Assembly: GCA_017499595.2 (NCBI GenBank) | Contig: CM039005.1 | Span: forward strand, 930,001-994,000 | Length of the DNA stretch: 64,000 bases | Source: Psilocybe cubensis | Lineage: Eukaryota | Reading direction: 5' to 3' | In this document: positions 13,263 through 25,635 of the stretch, one piece after another | Position numbering within the stretch: position 1 is the stretch's first letter | How the letters are laid out: each line of letters opens with the position of its first letter | Program-made: the position numbers and the translations under genes | Notes under the pieces: model-generated | Told to the model about the DNA's origin: nothing | Databases searched by the model: none | Seen by the model: only the letters and a program-made list of their open reading frames with translations

Positions 13263-15427
13263 TCACAAGGCAAGTGTCGACTCGTGTAAATTAAGCTCGA
13301 ATTTGCGAAGGAAGTCGTCAAAATTTCTTCGGCTATGACCATCGGGTCCCCAAGACTTTGAAAACTTCAATTTCATGTCTTCAGCATTTCTCCGTAAAAC
13401 TGAACCCTTTTCTCCACGACAGGCATCTAGAACCTCACGGATTTCTGCACCAACAGCTTCCAGAGTACCCTGAGGTTTTCGACCATGCCTAAACATGGGC
13501 TTCATCCCACTCTCTCCTGTCCTTACTTCAACTAATTCGAAGGCGGCTTGGAGACATTCGGAGAGGTAAGCAGAAGCTGGGGATTGGTCGAATTTAAATG
13601 GCCAACATATCCTATAGTCTAGGTCAACAGCGATAAAGCAATGGTTTAAATAGAGAAAGCCCACATCGGAACACCACTATCCAAAGACTCTAGAACACCG
13701 CTCTGCCCAGCGTGGGTGATGAACCACCCAGTGGCCTGTAAGATAACACAGATAGTGAGCTTTAAGAACAAATTTCTATTGACGAACATACTTGATGGTC
13801 AAGGATAAACTTCTGTGGGATCCATTTAGAGATAATACCAATCCCACTCGCGTTGACTTTGTTGATCAAGGCATCCGAAAGCTTAGCGTAAGGAGAAGCA
13901 TAGGATACAATCTGAAAGGCTGGATTCAGATACCACCATGAGAATGAACATCAAGAGACTCACAAAAGGAAATTTTTTCTCAATCAAAGCCTCGACAACC
14001 TCCTCAACATACTCAGATTTGCTGGGCCAGAATATAGAGCCAAAGGAGAGCTTTCAGCATTATGACTGAGTGAAAAAGATCATCTATATGTATAACGATG
14101 AAAGAACTTACCAGAACAAGTGACTTCTCCCCATATTGATGCAAGGCTTCGTCCAGAAAGTGTTCTATGTCAGATGAGATGCTATCATTGTTGGAAGATA
14201 TTCCGTATTTGGTTGGCCTAGAGGCTACCAAAGGGCCAACCGCGTAGAGTTCTTTTCCCCACTGCTTGGCATACCACATTTTCAATGCTTCCATCGACTC
14301 GGGCTCGAAGTCGTAAGCAGAGAGAGATAATAGAGCGTCGCAAGCCTCAAAACCGCTACAGAAAAGAGATACGAAGGTCAGTATAAGCAGGTTAAGAAAA
14401 TTTGACACTTACGAATACGCAAGTCTTAAAAAATCAGAAACGGGCATATCATTTTCGATCTAAACCGGTGTCAACGCGCTTTACCTGCGGACAGAGATTA
14501 AGAGAACCTTTTGCGGGAAGTGTTCCCAGTCGTACATCGGAGGGAGTCCTGGAACTCTATTAACTTTTCCTTCTGTGTGGTAGAACAACTGCTCATTTGA
14601 GGCCGACCAAAAATTCACAAAACACAAAAAAATGAATTACCTTGTCGCCAATTTCCTTTGTTGTGACTCCAGATCGAACTGCTTCTGCGTCAATTTTCGC
14701 GCCCAAATCTCCATGTCCGCCCATTTCCTCGGGACCATGAAGATGGAGAATATATGAAGCATGAACTGGTAAGAAGGAAATAATGGGGACTGATTCCCCT
14801 GTGATAGCGCGCGCCATTGGTATCAAAGGACTCGCATAAGCCTGAACATGAACATAATACCACATAATTTAGGCTTTATTTTCGTGGCATTTGGAGCTTG
14901 GAAAAAGGAATACACACATCCACGAAGTAGGCGCTGATGGCATCAACAGCGTCTAAGCTCTTGCCAGTGGTAGCACAAGTGACTGATTTGCCGTTCCAAA
15001 GATCCCTGTAAATCGTGGGGAAAGATTGGAACATGAGCGTAATGTTGTTGAAGAAATCTGCAGTAGCTTCTGTACGGAAACTAGACAAAAACCTGTCAAG
15101 TAATCATATGCATGAGACTTTCAATTATCGAAAGCTTTTGTACCTGACGCGCTGACGAGTTTCAGGGGATGCTTCTCCGGAATCGAGCTCAGCTGCTATT
15201 TCGGCTTCTGCGTTCTTTAGATATGCCGGAGAAACTACGAGAGTAATAATAAGGTTATTGTGTTCTTTGACGATACGTGCCGCAAAAATACAGACGGCTC
15301 TGGTGTGTCCTAACCCCCAGAATGGGATTGATAAGCCTACTTATCCCATACTTGCATCGTAAAACATACCCCAGAACGGCAACGAAGTAAAGAGAAAATG
15401 GTGTGTCCTTTTCACGTCCAGCCCCAT
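13263..15427 (-). CDS. UDP-glycosyltransferase, family GT1, about 11 exons
   Basis: N-terminal HFLFTSLPFWGH (catalytic His region), YAVGPL, LSFGSIFWP, and a PSPG-like box KWIPQKFILDHQATGWFITHAGQSGVLESLDSGVPMICWPFKFDQ. The spliced frame appears intact. Confidence 0.92.
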
Positions 15428-16929
15428 ATCGAGTCCCTATGGATTCGGCGCACTTGAATCAGCAAGAAGAAAAAAAGAGTGTACAATTAGATACCACAGA
15501 TGGCGGCCACTTTATAGCACCTGCTGTAAGCTATCTTGCGGTACTGGTGTTGTAATGGGCATGATGGAAAAATACCGAGATACCCGAAAACTAGACATAC
15601 ATATAATGTCGCGTGTCGCTGCATTCGTGGTTATGTGAAATGACCTAACGGATAATTTGCATCGCAATACGACTACAGAAAAGGTTTTGGGCGAAAACTG
15701 GCTGAAAGTGCGTTAGTGGGCTGAAGAACAAAGTAAGAGAACCTGCCTCAAAGCCTTGGGCCTCAAAACAAGCAAGGACTCGTACTCAGACTTCAATGAT
15801 CTTCGAATATCACTATGGCTCAACAGTCCGGTCCTAAAGTTCGTGTTTCAGCGGAAGTTCGAGTGCTTGCGTTACGATTCAAAGGCTATGCGCTGAGATC
15901 ATAGATGTATGGCGCGTCTGCAGAATACAATTACTAATTGACATTGTCTACATTTGTAATGCCAAAAAAATGCGCACCACTTACGAGACACAAGAATAGG
16001 ATGGAAAGAATATTTTTCTGAAACGTAAATAGTGCTTACATTTATTACCTTGCTGTTGTCATCCACCATTCGAAGTGCATGTACAAGTGCTGCCCTGTAC
16101 TAACTTCATGATCCCATGCACTGATCCCAAACAAGGCCCAGGTTATCAGAATAAGATATCGTGTAAGAAGCTGAAGTGAATATGCGTTCTCCAGATTCAG
16201 CGAGCTGTTACCTACAGACATTGTTCATCGAAGTGGGTGAGCGGACCAAGGAGACAACAAGAGGGTGACAACGGAAGTTGCGGGCGAAAGGCGGGTCACG
16301 TGATGGTGTTGTGAGTAAAGATCGGCTTTCGCCGAGCACCTCTTTCTCCACACCAGCATGATTACCTACTTGAACTTGGAAATTGTCAAGCTTGAACTCA
16401 CTTAGACTTGAGAGTGGAAGTTGCTCAGAAGGTGAATCATTCTCAACGAAAATATCCTCAAAATTCCGCAGCTTTTTTAGTGTCATTCAGTTGGTGGGAA
16501 AAAAATCGTGAGCAATCATTCCTTGATTGAGCTCCTCGGTTTTCACAGTTCTGCCAGGTAGGTCAAGTGCCCTTTTATTTCCAGAAATTCTTATCAATGA
16601 TTTCCAAATTCCCCGTAGATTTTCCACCACAATCTGTTCAAACTATTTTCTTTGATCCTTCAGGGTGAAGGTCAGACTATGACTCTGATTTTCCAGGTAG
16701 TAGCATCTTTTGTCCTCAAAACCAATGCACACTCGGCTGTTATGCGAAAAACTTGTATGGGTTTGAGTAGATTGCGAGGCTAATGAGGTAGCCTCGTTAT
16801 TTCTGGACAAACAGCAGGCTCACTCGGTGCGTATCGCGGATTACATCATCGCTATAAATGCAGACCTGGGATACTGTGAGATCCACTCTCTCAACTCCCT
16901 AGACTCACTTGCAAACATTCTCACAGACA

Positions 16930-18029
16930 ATGGCAACTCTCCAAGGCAAAAGCATCGTGGTTGTTGGAGGCTCATCGGGGATTGGTTTCGCAGTCGCCCT
17001 CGCTTCCCTTCAATCTCAGGCGAAATCTGTCATTATTGCCTCCAGCAATCAGGCAAAGGTGGAGCGCGGCGTGGAACGTTTGAAAGCTTATAATCTGCCA
17101 GGGGAAATCAGCGGGCATGTAGTGGATGCCATGGACTCTGCGAGTGTCAAAAAGTTTGCGCTAGATATTGGCACCGTCGACCATATTGTTTGGTCCAGTG
17201 GGGACAACCCTGGCAAAACTGTCAATGCAAAGGTTGAAACTTACGAGGCCGGACAAGGTACAAAGTTTTGGGTACTAGTTCATCATATCCTCGTATGCCG
17301 TACTGATATACTTTACCTCTCTCACCAGGTGTATTCGCTGTTCGCTTTTGGGGACCTTTTGTCTTAGCACAACATGCGAAGTTCAATCCCGGGGGGTCCT
17401 TGACTCTTACATCTGGTTTGTTGTATCCATTTGTAATTGATACTTGAGCGCTCACATGAGACTAGGTTTGATTGGTGTTAAACCGTGGCCAGGATCTCAT
17501 CTAGCGGCAGGCATGCTTTCCTCTCTGGATGGGCTTGTTAGGGGTCTTGCAGTAGACTTGGCGCCCGTGCGCGTTAACCTTGTTAATCCAGGGCCGGTGA
17601 GTTATCGTCTCTATCCTTACATTTCAATATTTCATCATTGCTTATTTTATTTTCATCAGATTGACACAGAGGTTTGTGCACTGGAAATTCATATTATTCT
17701 AACTTTGTTTTGAGATAAATGGTATTGGCAGATTTTTGACATTATGTTTGGTGATCAGAAGAAAAGCGCTTTGGAAGGATTGGCAGCCAAATCACTTCTT
17801 AAGCGAGTGGGTGAACCGAGCGAGGTGAGCATCTTGCGATTTGTGAATGGCTTTGATTGATATTTGTATCAACCTAGGCTGCAGAGGCGTATCTCTTTTT
17901 GATGAAGTAAGATCTATTGTAGTGTCTTATACCACGACAATGCTATCCATGCTAACTCTTGTTTATTCAAGGTGCGGATTCATCACTGGACAGCGAATTG
18001 ATGTCGAAGGTGGTCAAGTCTTAATGTAA
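16930..18029 (+). CDS. Short-chain dehydrogenase/reductase, atypical (no YxxxK), paralog 1
   Basis: MATLQGKSIVVVGGSSGIG Rossmann motif, LAVDLAPVRVNLVNPG, a 12-nt micro-exon IDTE, and CGFITGQRIDVEGG. Confidence 0.9.
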
Positions 18030-18159
18030 ATCTAATGTTAACCAGTCAGAATCCTCTGGAAGTTTTCTCTTTGAATGTGTACCCCTCTTGTCGATTATAC
18101 GTCTGTGCTGACAAATGATTTGTATTCGAGTGCATGGACTGCGCAGAACTAGCGTAGCT

Positions 18160-19971
18160 CTATTCGTCAATAAAATCCTGTTGTTTCCATGTAACGTCTT
18201 TGGATGAAGGAATGTACGAAGGCGACATGAAATTCTTCTTTTTCTTCACTTCCAATGTCGATGTTGAATATGAAAACTCTGTTACCACATGGACACCCAC
18301 TGCATTTCCGCGAACCCTTATTTCATGGGCCAGGTCGAGGTTCTCTTCCTCCCTCAATCGATCAAAGTGTATGCTCACTTTCTTGAGGACAGCAACATGC
18401 GACGACGGGTTCATGCGGCTGTCTACAAAGCGTAGGAGTAGATCGTCCGATGCAAGCGTCCTGTAGAGCTCGAAGATTTCGAGACGTGGAAGTAACTCTT
18501 TATACGGTAGCTCATCAACGACATTGCCATTGGCTCGAACCACCAGGCATTCCAGGTTGAACGTATCCCCATCCAACCGCTGCATTATACTGTTCCTCGG
18601 CATCAGCCCATGCTTACAAGTAAGTGCAAGATGAATCAATCCGTCCAATGCTTCCAAGACGTCTAGGATGTTGGACGGCATTAAGCAAAACCTGTCGAGT
18701 TCAAGGGTCGTTAAGTTGGAGGATCTACCGAAGAAAGCAGACGGGATCTGGTCCATCATCGCTTCGGGGATATCTTCGCGGTTGAACGAGCTGCTGTTGT
18801 TGTAGTACCTGAGCCATCGCAGCTGGGGCACATGTATGATATCAAGCAGGGTTGGGATGAAGTTGAGCACCGAGTTTCCAATGGTGCTCAGCCCGAGGGA
18901 GAGTAGCTGGGGCAAGTGTATGATACTCGGGATGACAATTTGCTGGAGCATGTCTTGATCGAAGACATTTCCCATCACAAAATTGCATCGCACAAGTTGG
19001 GGGTACATCATCAACAACTTGATGCAGTCGTCCGGATTGCAGTGTGTCAGCGATACGTGCGTAATACTTTTGGTCCATGGCACTGGTTGAGGAGCAGAAG
19101 TAATAGTAGGGGATGACAACAAGTCAGAAATTGTAGGATGGTTGATTGACACATATTTTAGGTTTGGGGCGCGTAGTAGAATAATTGGAGATGGTTTCAC
19201 TTCGACAGTAGATGGATTCCAAGAATTTACAGTATGGTAAATTAAAGCTCGTAGCCGAAGAAGGGACGGAAGGGTGTGTCCAGACAGCATTCTCTCAAGA
19301 CTGTTGTACATGATATATGACACAGTCATTTCCAATTCCATCCACCTGGGTGAGAATTCCTTCAGTATGCTGAGAAGAAGAATACCGGACGCATCTAGCA
19401 TAGACCTTGCTTCAATATTTGAGGGACTCAAGTATCCCTGTTCTTCGTTGACCGAAATCGACAGTGGTAGATTACCAGAGCGAGATAGCCATTCGTTTAC
19501 AGCGCGGCATCGATCGTGAAGAATACTCCTGACTTTTTGCAATGGAGCCATTGGGACATGTTTAAGTCTCCTAAATTGATCCTCTCGGCCCTCCTTCCGG
19601 AACGGGATATGAATCTGTGCCCAAAGTCGTGGGGATGCTAATGCGATGGTCCTCCAGCTGCTGCACACACGAGTGAGGAGCATAGGTGCTTCAGTAGCAG
19701 CCATGGTAGGGTTGCGATGGGTGACTAAGCAATGTTCGAATACGGTGCGGAGGATATCTGGCGGCACTCGGCGAATGGGAGCCAATATGCGTTGGTAACC
19801 CCTGATAGATTTCTCAATCTCCTTGCGTTTCTCGTCCAAGCGCTTTATCTCTAAACTTATAGCTTCAAGTTGCTCCGTGGGTGCTGAAAGCAGTTCCTTG
19901 ACCACCAAAATGGTGTCCTCAGCGGGTTGAAGATTATTTTTTGCAAGATCGTCCAGTTGTTCTGGGTTCAT
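18160..19971 (-). CDS. Agaricomycete F-box-like protein (coiled coil, F-box-like, LRR-like C-terminus), intronless, copy 1
   Basis: LAPIRRVPPDILRTVFEHCL...APMLLTRVCSSWRTIALASPRLW. First ATG at 19971. Confidence 0.85.
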   Translation of the reverse strand: MNPEQLDDLAKNNLQPAEDTILVVKELLSAPTEQLEAISLEIKRLDEKRKEIEKSIRGYQRILAPIRRVPPDILRTVFEHCLVTHRNPTMAATEAPMLLTRVCSSWRTIALASPRLWAQIHIPFRKEGREDQFRRLKHVPMAPLQKVRSILHDRCRAVNEWLSRSGNLPLSISVNEEQGYLSPSNIEARSMLDASGILLLSILKEFSPRWMELEMTVSYIMYNSLERMLSGHTLPSLLRLRALIYHTVNSWNPSTVEVKPSPIILLRAPNLKYVSINHPTISDLLSSPTITSAPQPVPWTKSITHVSLTHCNPDDCIKLLMMYPQLVRCNFVMGNVFDQDMLQQIVIPSIIHLPQLLSLGLSTIGNSVLNFIPTLLDIIHVPQLRWLRYYNNSSSFNREDIPEAMMDQIPSAFFGRSSNLTTLELDRFCLMPSNILDVLEALDGLIHLALTCKHGLMPRNSIMQRLDGDTFNLECLVVRANGNVVDELPYKELLPRLEIFELYRTLASDDLLLRFVDSRMNPSSHVAVLKKVSIHFDRLREEENLDLAHEIRVRGNAVGVHVVTEFSYSTSTLEVKKKKNFMSPSYIPSSKDVTWKQQDFIDE

Positions 19972-20260
19972 TTTCGTTTGAAAAGTTAAGGACACAAACC
20001 ACTTGCTCTGACGAGGGGCTAATAGCTGGGGACCAAGTTTGGAAGGAATCAAAGGCAGATCATCGTGTGAATGCAGTTGCTGTGTCGTAGCTCGGCATTC
20101 ACCGGCGGTTAGTATGTAATGGCCAATTTGAGTTTGTCACGGTTATAAATGTTATAACAATATTCTTGCTTGATGCGCCATGTATCCAACCTAATATATT
20201 ACCGAATATTTTGCGCCGGAGTGTGCTGTACAGTTCATTGTCAAGCCTAAACTACGTCCG

Positions 20261-22081
20261 TTAATCATCGTACTCCGAATCAAAATGTTCTTCATGGGTC
20301 CATGTTCGATTATCAAATTGACGTGTGGGAGCCGTGTGTGCAGGTAGTAGATTATTGCGTTTCTTTTCCGCATCTATTGTCGATCCAACGTAGCAGAAAC
20401 TGGTGTCAATCTGAATATCTTTCCTGTCTGCTCGAGTGCGTATTTCTTTAACAAGGTCAAGGCCATGGTGCTCTTCATATCGGTCGAAAAATATCTTCAC
20501 CTTCTTCAGGACAGCGATGTCTGACTCGGGATCCATTCGACTGGTGACAAAGCGCAAGACTAAGTCGTCGGTTACAGTAGTCCTGTGAAGCTCGAATACC
20601 TCCAGACAGGGAAGAAGCTGATGATGAGTAGAGGCTGAAGTCGATGTAATGGGCCCCCCATCAGTATCACGCCGAATTACCAGTGCATCCAAGTCAAATG
20701 TTTCAATTTCTAACGATGAAGGTTTGCTCGGCTCCATCCGATATTTACTGGTAAGAGAAAGGCGGATCAGCCTGTGTTGTGCTTTTAAAATATCGAGGAT
20801 GTTTGACGGCCGTAAACAAAACCGGTCTAGTTCAAGGCTTGTCAAATTAATTGCTCTATAAAAAAAGGAAGGAGGTATTTCATCTGATGCTGCAGTGGTG
20901 TTCCAGACGTCATTGTAGTACCCGAAATTTCGTAGCCGTGGACAATCAAGAACCTCAAGCAAAGAGGGCACAAAGCTGTTTGGACCAATGTTGCCACTGG
21001 TTTTGATCCACAGTGCGCGGAGGTGAGGCAAATGAATGGCGTTTGGGATGATGATTTCATTTTCAATTTCAAAAGCATCATGCCTAGTAGTTAGATCACA
21101 CTGTATAAGCGTTGGGTAACCCTTGAACAAAACGATACAGGTGTCTAATCCACATCTGGATAGCGATACGTGGGTGATACTGATGTTGCCCCCTGTAAGC
21201 GATTGGGAGGTATGTGTGGGCGATATCAATTGTGTGATATTATGCTTAGGGCCTTCGAGGGAAAGATATTTTAGATTTGGTGCCCGTAATAGATTTTTTG
21301 ATGGTGAAGGTCTGAACGGAGCATTGAGTAGGCGCTGAGAGATGATTGAAAGTCTCAATCGCAGAAGAAGTGGCAAGGTATGTGTTGATAGCATATCCTC
21401 AAAATCGCGATGTATGTTGTCAGGTAAAACAATTTCCAAACTCCTCCACCTGGGTGAGAACAACAGGAGTGTTCTAAGCAGCATTTTTACAAGGTTATCG
21501 ATTGAACTTGAGTTTGTATTTCCCGTGACGAACCGAACGAAGGGTGAGCCCTGTTCATACATTACAGATATCGATAAAGGGAGGTCTCCAGAACGAGATA
21601 GCCATTCTTGAACGGCATAACAGCGGTTTTGAAGAACGGACACCATCTGCTGCTGAGGAATGAGTGGATCGTCAAACCCCTCATTGTTGTCATATCCTTT
21701 GGTAACGTTTCGGAAAGGGACGTATATATGTGCCCATAGCCGGGGTGATTGGTGTGCGATCGATCTCCAAGTGCGACATACATGGGTGAGCAGCATAGGA
21801 GCTTCGTTGCCAGACATAGTTGGGTTCCGGTGAGTAGGTAGACAGTGCTCAAAGATCGTTCGTAAAATATCATATGGAACCCGGCGAATGGGTGCCAGTA
21901 TACGATGGAAACTTCGTACATATTCCTCGATCTCGAGCTGTTTTGCTTCTAGGCGCTTTATTTCAAGTTTGATGTCCTCAAGTTGCTTTGATGGCTCCGA
22001 AAGTAACTTCCGAAGTTCATTGATCGTACTGTCGTTCGGTGGATCGTTATTCTCTGCGAGATGGTCCCAGTACGAGAGCAT
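20261..22081 (-). CDS. Agaricomycete F-box-like protein, intronless, copy 2
   Basis: 606-aa ORF with LAPIRRVPYDILRTIFEHCL...APMLLTHVCRTWRSIA..SPRLW. Paralogous to its neighbours. Confidence 0.85.
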   Translation of the reverse strand: MLSYWDHLAENNDPPNDSTINELRKLLSEPSKQLEDIKLEIKRLEAKQLEIEEYVRSFHRILAPIRRVPYDILRTIFEHCLPTHRNPTMSGNEAPMLLTHVCRTWRSIAHQSPRLWAHIYVPFRNVTKGYDNNEGFDDPLIPQQQMVSVLQNRCYAVQEWLSRSGDLPLSISVMYEQGSPFVRFVTGNTNSSSIDNLVKMLLRTLLLFSPRWRSLEIVLPDNIHRDFEDMLSTHTLPLLLRLRLSIISQRLLNAPFRPSPSKNLLRAPNLKYLSLEGPKHNITQLISPTHTSQSLTGGNISITHVSLSRCGLDTCIVLFKGYPTLIQCDLTTRHDAFEIENEIIIPNAIHLPHLRALWIKTSGNIGPNSFVPSLLEVLDCPRLRNFGYYNDVWNTTAASDEIPPSFFYRAINLTSLELDRFCLRPSNILDILKAQHRLIRLSLTSKYRMEPSKPSSLEIETFDLDALVIRRDTDGGPITSTSASTHHQLLPCLEVFELHRTTVTDDLVLRFVTSRMDPESDIAVLKKVKIFFDRYEEHHGLDLVKEIRTRADRKDIQIDTSFCYVGSTIDAEKKRNNLLPAHTAPTRQFDNRTWTHEEHFDSEYDD

Positions 22082-22639
22082 GATGAGGAATCAGATATCG
22101 GGTTTACTCAAGAGTAATGAGAAGGGTTGGGCTAGAAAAAATACGAGAATGCTGCTTGTTGTAAGTGAGGGACAGTTAGGCCTGTTATCGCCGTGAGAAT
22201 GCGACTTTCCCACATCCCGATAATCATCTTTTTATCCTATCATTAATTTTCTTTTTCCGTGGACTTCACCTTCGCTCCGTCCACCCGATACACGCACTCC
22301 TCCAGCTCATTTTCTTCATTCCATGTTGCTATCCTTCATTTTATTCCCCTTGAAACTGACTTATATACTTCACCTTTATGTGTTTCCCACTGGTTAACCC
22401 TCTTTTATCTCGTTCTTTGTCTACTTCTTTTGGACACCTTATTCTTTACAGTATACTTACAGCTATGTAGGAGCTACAGAAAAGCCTCGAATACAGAGTA
22501 CTTTAACCTGTCATTCGAACTCTCAGTTACACTTTCCGTGTGCGGTGACGATACGCCCGTTACTTTCTAGTCACGGTAGTTACTCGCGTCACAACAATCC
22601 TGCTCTTGCTCTTCCCCAGCTCTTCCCTATGTTTCCTCT

Positions 22640-23250
22640 CTCAAGCAAAATCCCATCCTAACCTTCGTCTGCTCACGCACAAGTACAGGCAGCCTCATTG
22701 CCGTCACAGACTGTATGCTTACGAGAGCAAAACGGTAAGCTGCGCAATGGCAACGATGTGGCCCATGGGACTGTGTCACTGTGAGGAGATGAGGACGGAT
22801 TAACCCCTTGAACTCCACCACGGTTTCAGTTGCGGATGTTGAGTTTCGGAATAGTTGAAGGCTGAGATACCCGCGGATGAGGTGTTCTTGCCGTTACCAA
22901 CAACAGGAGCAAGAGAAGCAGTAAAAGCCAAGTCATTGCAACCCACAGACTCTCAACATCCGCGTTCTCGCGCTCACCAACGCTGCTTTGACACCTTCGA
23001 CAGACGACGTACACGCTGCCGAGGAGGGTGTCCTGACCATCGTGGTCGCTCACCCGCTGACGCAGGCATATGCGCACTCGCCATTGCTCGCGATCCTCAT
23101 GGTCGTTGTGTTATGGGTGTACGTCTCAACGGACGACACACCTGCCGATCTCGCTCCACGATTGGGCCTGGAGGTTTCGTTGCAATGGAATTAGGAAAAT
23201 TGTGGGGAGAGTCTAAGCGGGATATATTCGTATTCGACCTCGTGAGTGCG
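22640..23250 (-). pseudogene. Heavily decayed copy of the 3' tail of the 32731-37297 gene
   Basis: Patches such as CCTTCGTCTGCTCACGCAC, CTTCGACAGACGACGTACACGCTGCCGAGGAGGGTGTCC and ATTCGACCTCGT match ~33042, ~33490 and ~33913 in the same order. Boundaries are approximate. Confidence 0.6.
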
Positions 23251-23564
23251 TCCGTATCTGCTTATTAGTTGTCAAAAGCGCTCTCTCATGGCCTCATCGA
23301 CATCGCTTAGTTAAGCCCTGCACATAACCTCCACAACCTCTTTAATCGCCGCTGCTTCAATGAATTTCTCTTTCTATTGGCATCCCTATACAATCCGTGC
23401 TCGATGAGGTGTCGACCCAGCTAATAAAACACGACTGCATAGTCATTGGAAGGATTACAACTTTTATTCCGGGAAAGTGAGACGACACTAGATCAATATA
23501 TAAGTTGTGCTGACTGGTCAACAGGGTTGTGTATTTACGGATAGTCATGCTAATCAGAGCGTTC

Positions 23565-25367
23565 TTACTTCGCCCATTCCTCATTGTTGTCATACTTCTG
23601 CTCGGAAGCTTTGTATGAAGGCGACAGAAAATTACGGCTCTTTTCGACATCAAAGATCGTTAAAGAGTAGCGAAATTTGGTGTGTATCTGAATGCCTGCC
23701 GTGTCTGCGCGACATCGTGTTTCCTCTACTAGGTCAAGGCTACCATCGTACTCTTTAAGTCGGTCGAAATACACTTTCACCGTCTTGAGGACTGCAATAT
23801 GTGATTTGGGATTCATCCGGCTGGAAATAAAGCGTAAGACTTGTTCGTCCGTTACAATGGCCCGGTGAAGCTCGAAAACCTCTAGACAAGGAAGAAGCTG
23901 AATGGAAGTTGAAGTAGACGGATTCAGCTCCCCATCAACATCACGTCGAATCACCAGAGCTTCCAAGTCGAATGTCTCCATTTCTAATGAGGCAAATTGG
24001 CTGGAAGTTATATCGTGTTTAGCAGTGAACGCAAGCCGGGTCAGCCTGGGCAGTGATTCCAGAATGGCGAGGATATTTGACGGCTTTAAAAAGAACCTGT
24101 CGATTTCGAGGCTTGTCAAGTTAATTGCTCCGTGGAAAAAGGATAAGGGGAGTTCATCGTTTGCTATTTCGCTGAGGGTATCACCATAGGGCCCGCTGGA
24201 ATTATAGTATGCAAAGTGTTGTAAGTTTGGAGCTTGGATAGCATTGAATAAAGCGGGTGCAAAGTTGAGTAGACCAAGGTTACCACCGGTGTTGATCCAG
24301 AGTGAATGAAGGTGAGGTGAATGGATGGTTTTTGGAATAACAGTTTCATTGTCAGGTTGCCAATTATCGGGTTCCAGGAATAGGTTACATTTTACAAGCG
24401 TCGGGTGACTCTTGAACAAAGCTACACAGGATTTTAATCCACATGTTGATAACGATACGTTGGTAATGCCTGTGCTCCACCCTGTAAGTGGACTGGACAC
24501 ATGATTGACAGCCGGCAGCAAGTCTGTAACCTTGCCACAGGTGAGGGAAACGTATTTTAAGTTTGGTGCGCGCAATAGACTTGTCGGTGGAAAACGTCCT
24601 GGTGTCCAGTCCGGCAGAGGGAAGGTTGAAATTCTCAATCTCCGAAGAAACGGCAGGGTATGTGTTGATAACATCTTTTCAAGTTCATAATACATACCGT
24701 CAGGTAAATTGATGTCCAAGCTCTGCCACCTCGGCGATAGTAGGAGGAGTATTTCTAGCAGCATTTGTGTGAGCTTATCAATGGCTACTGCGTCGATATT
24801 AGCTGTATAATTCCGGGGCAAACCACGTTGGTAGCCAATAGATATTGATAGAGGGAGGTCTCCGGAGCGCGAAAGCCATTCTTGGATAGCATAACATCGG
24901 TTTTGCAAAACAGTTGTCATTAAATTCTGCGGGACAACTGGGTCCCCGGCCCACCTTTGATAGCGATAGTCATCCGTTTCCCTGCGGAATGGGATGTATA
25001 TCTGTGCCCAAAGACGCGGGGAGCCCATTGCGATTGATCTCCAAGTGCTACACACTCGAGTGAGCAGCATCGGTGCCTCGTCGGCGGCCATTGTGGGGTT
25101 CCGGTCTGTAGGTAGACAGTGTTCGAAAATTGTACAGAGAATGTCATGTGGCACCCGGCGAACTGGTGCTAGTATACGACGGAAATTTCGGATGGATGCT
25201 TCAATATCGAGTCGTTTAGTCTCCAGACGTTTTGTCTCCATCTCTATTTCTTCGAGTTGCTTTAACGGGTCTGAGAGCAACTTCCTGACTTCAGCCATTG
25301 TGCTGTCGATCGGTACCTCATTATTTTTTGTGAGACGGTCAAAGTAGGAAGAAGTGTCGGGGAGCAT
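23565..25367 (-). CDS. Agaricomycete F-box-like protein, intronless, copy 3
   Basis: 600-aa ORF with LAPVRRVPHDILCTIFEHCL...APMLLTRVCSTWRSIAMGSPRLW. Confidence 0.85.
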   Translation of the reverse strand: MLPDTSSYFDRLTKNNEVPIDSTMAEVRKLLSDPLKQLEEIEMETKRLETKRLDIEASIRNFRRILAPVRRVPHDILCTIFEHCLPTDRNPTMAADEAPMLLTRVCSTWRSIAMGSPRLWAQIYIPFRRETDDYRYQRWAGDPVVPQNLMTTVLQNRCYAIQEWLSRSGDLPLSISIGYQRGLPRNYTANIDAVAIDKLTQMLLEILLLLSPRWQSLDINLPDGMYYELEKMLSTHTLPFLRRLRISTFPLPDWTPGRFPPTSLLRAPNLKYVSLTCGKVTDLLPAVNHVSSPLTGWSTGITNVSLSTCGLKSCVALFKSHPTLVKCNLFLEPDNWQPDNETVIPKTIHSPHLHSLWINTGGNLGLLNFAPALFNAIQAPNLQHFAYYNSSGPYGDTLSEIANDELPLSFFHGAINLTSLEIDRFFLKPSNILAILESLPRLTRLAFTAKHDITSSQFASLEMETFDLEALVIRRDVDGELNPSTSTSIQLLPCLEVFELHRAIVTDEQVLRFISSRMNPKSHIAVLKTVKVYFDRLKEYDGSLDLVEETRCRADTAGIQIHTKFRYSLTIFDVEKSRNFLSPSYKASEQKYDNNEEWAK

Positions 25368-25635
25368 TGTATAACACAGCGTTAGAGGGATAAGAATAAC
25401 GATAATGGTTGAAATTGAAGCATGTGAATGCGCGCAACAGCCAATTTATAAAGCGCCGAATGCCACTGCTTAGCCCAGGGTAGATGATTGATTAAATATC
25501 TTTAGCAGTACGCATTTGGCATCGTTGCCGGGCCAAACCCACGACATGTACTGACAAGTCATGAGTAGTAGTTTATAGCGCACTGAAATATTCAACATCT
25601 CCTAGCTGTTGTTCTCGATATTAGTCATAAACATT

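Noticed and set aside
16208-16486. 92-aa ATG-initiated ORF, and similar short ORFs at 26703-26933, 29101-29674 and 50903-52095
   Set aside because: No recognisable motif or coherent exon chain. They may be gene relics but cannot be supported without BLASTX.
22192-22592. Possible solo LTR (CGTGAGA...GTCACA, pyrimidine-rich interior)
   Set aside because: No proper TG start, no TSD and no second copy in the window. It needs a genome-wide repeat search.
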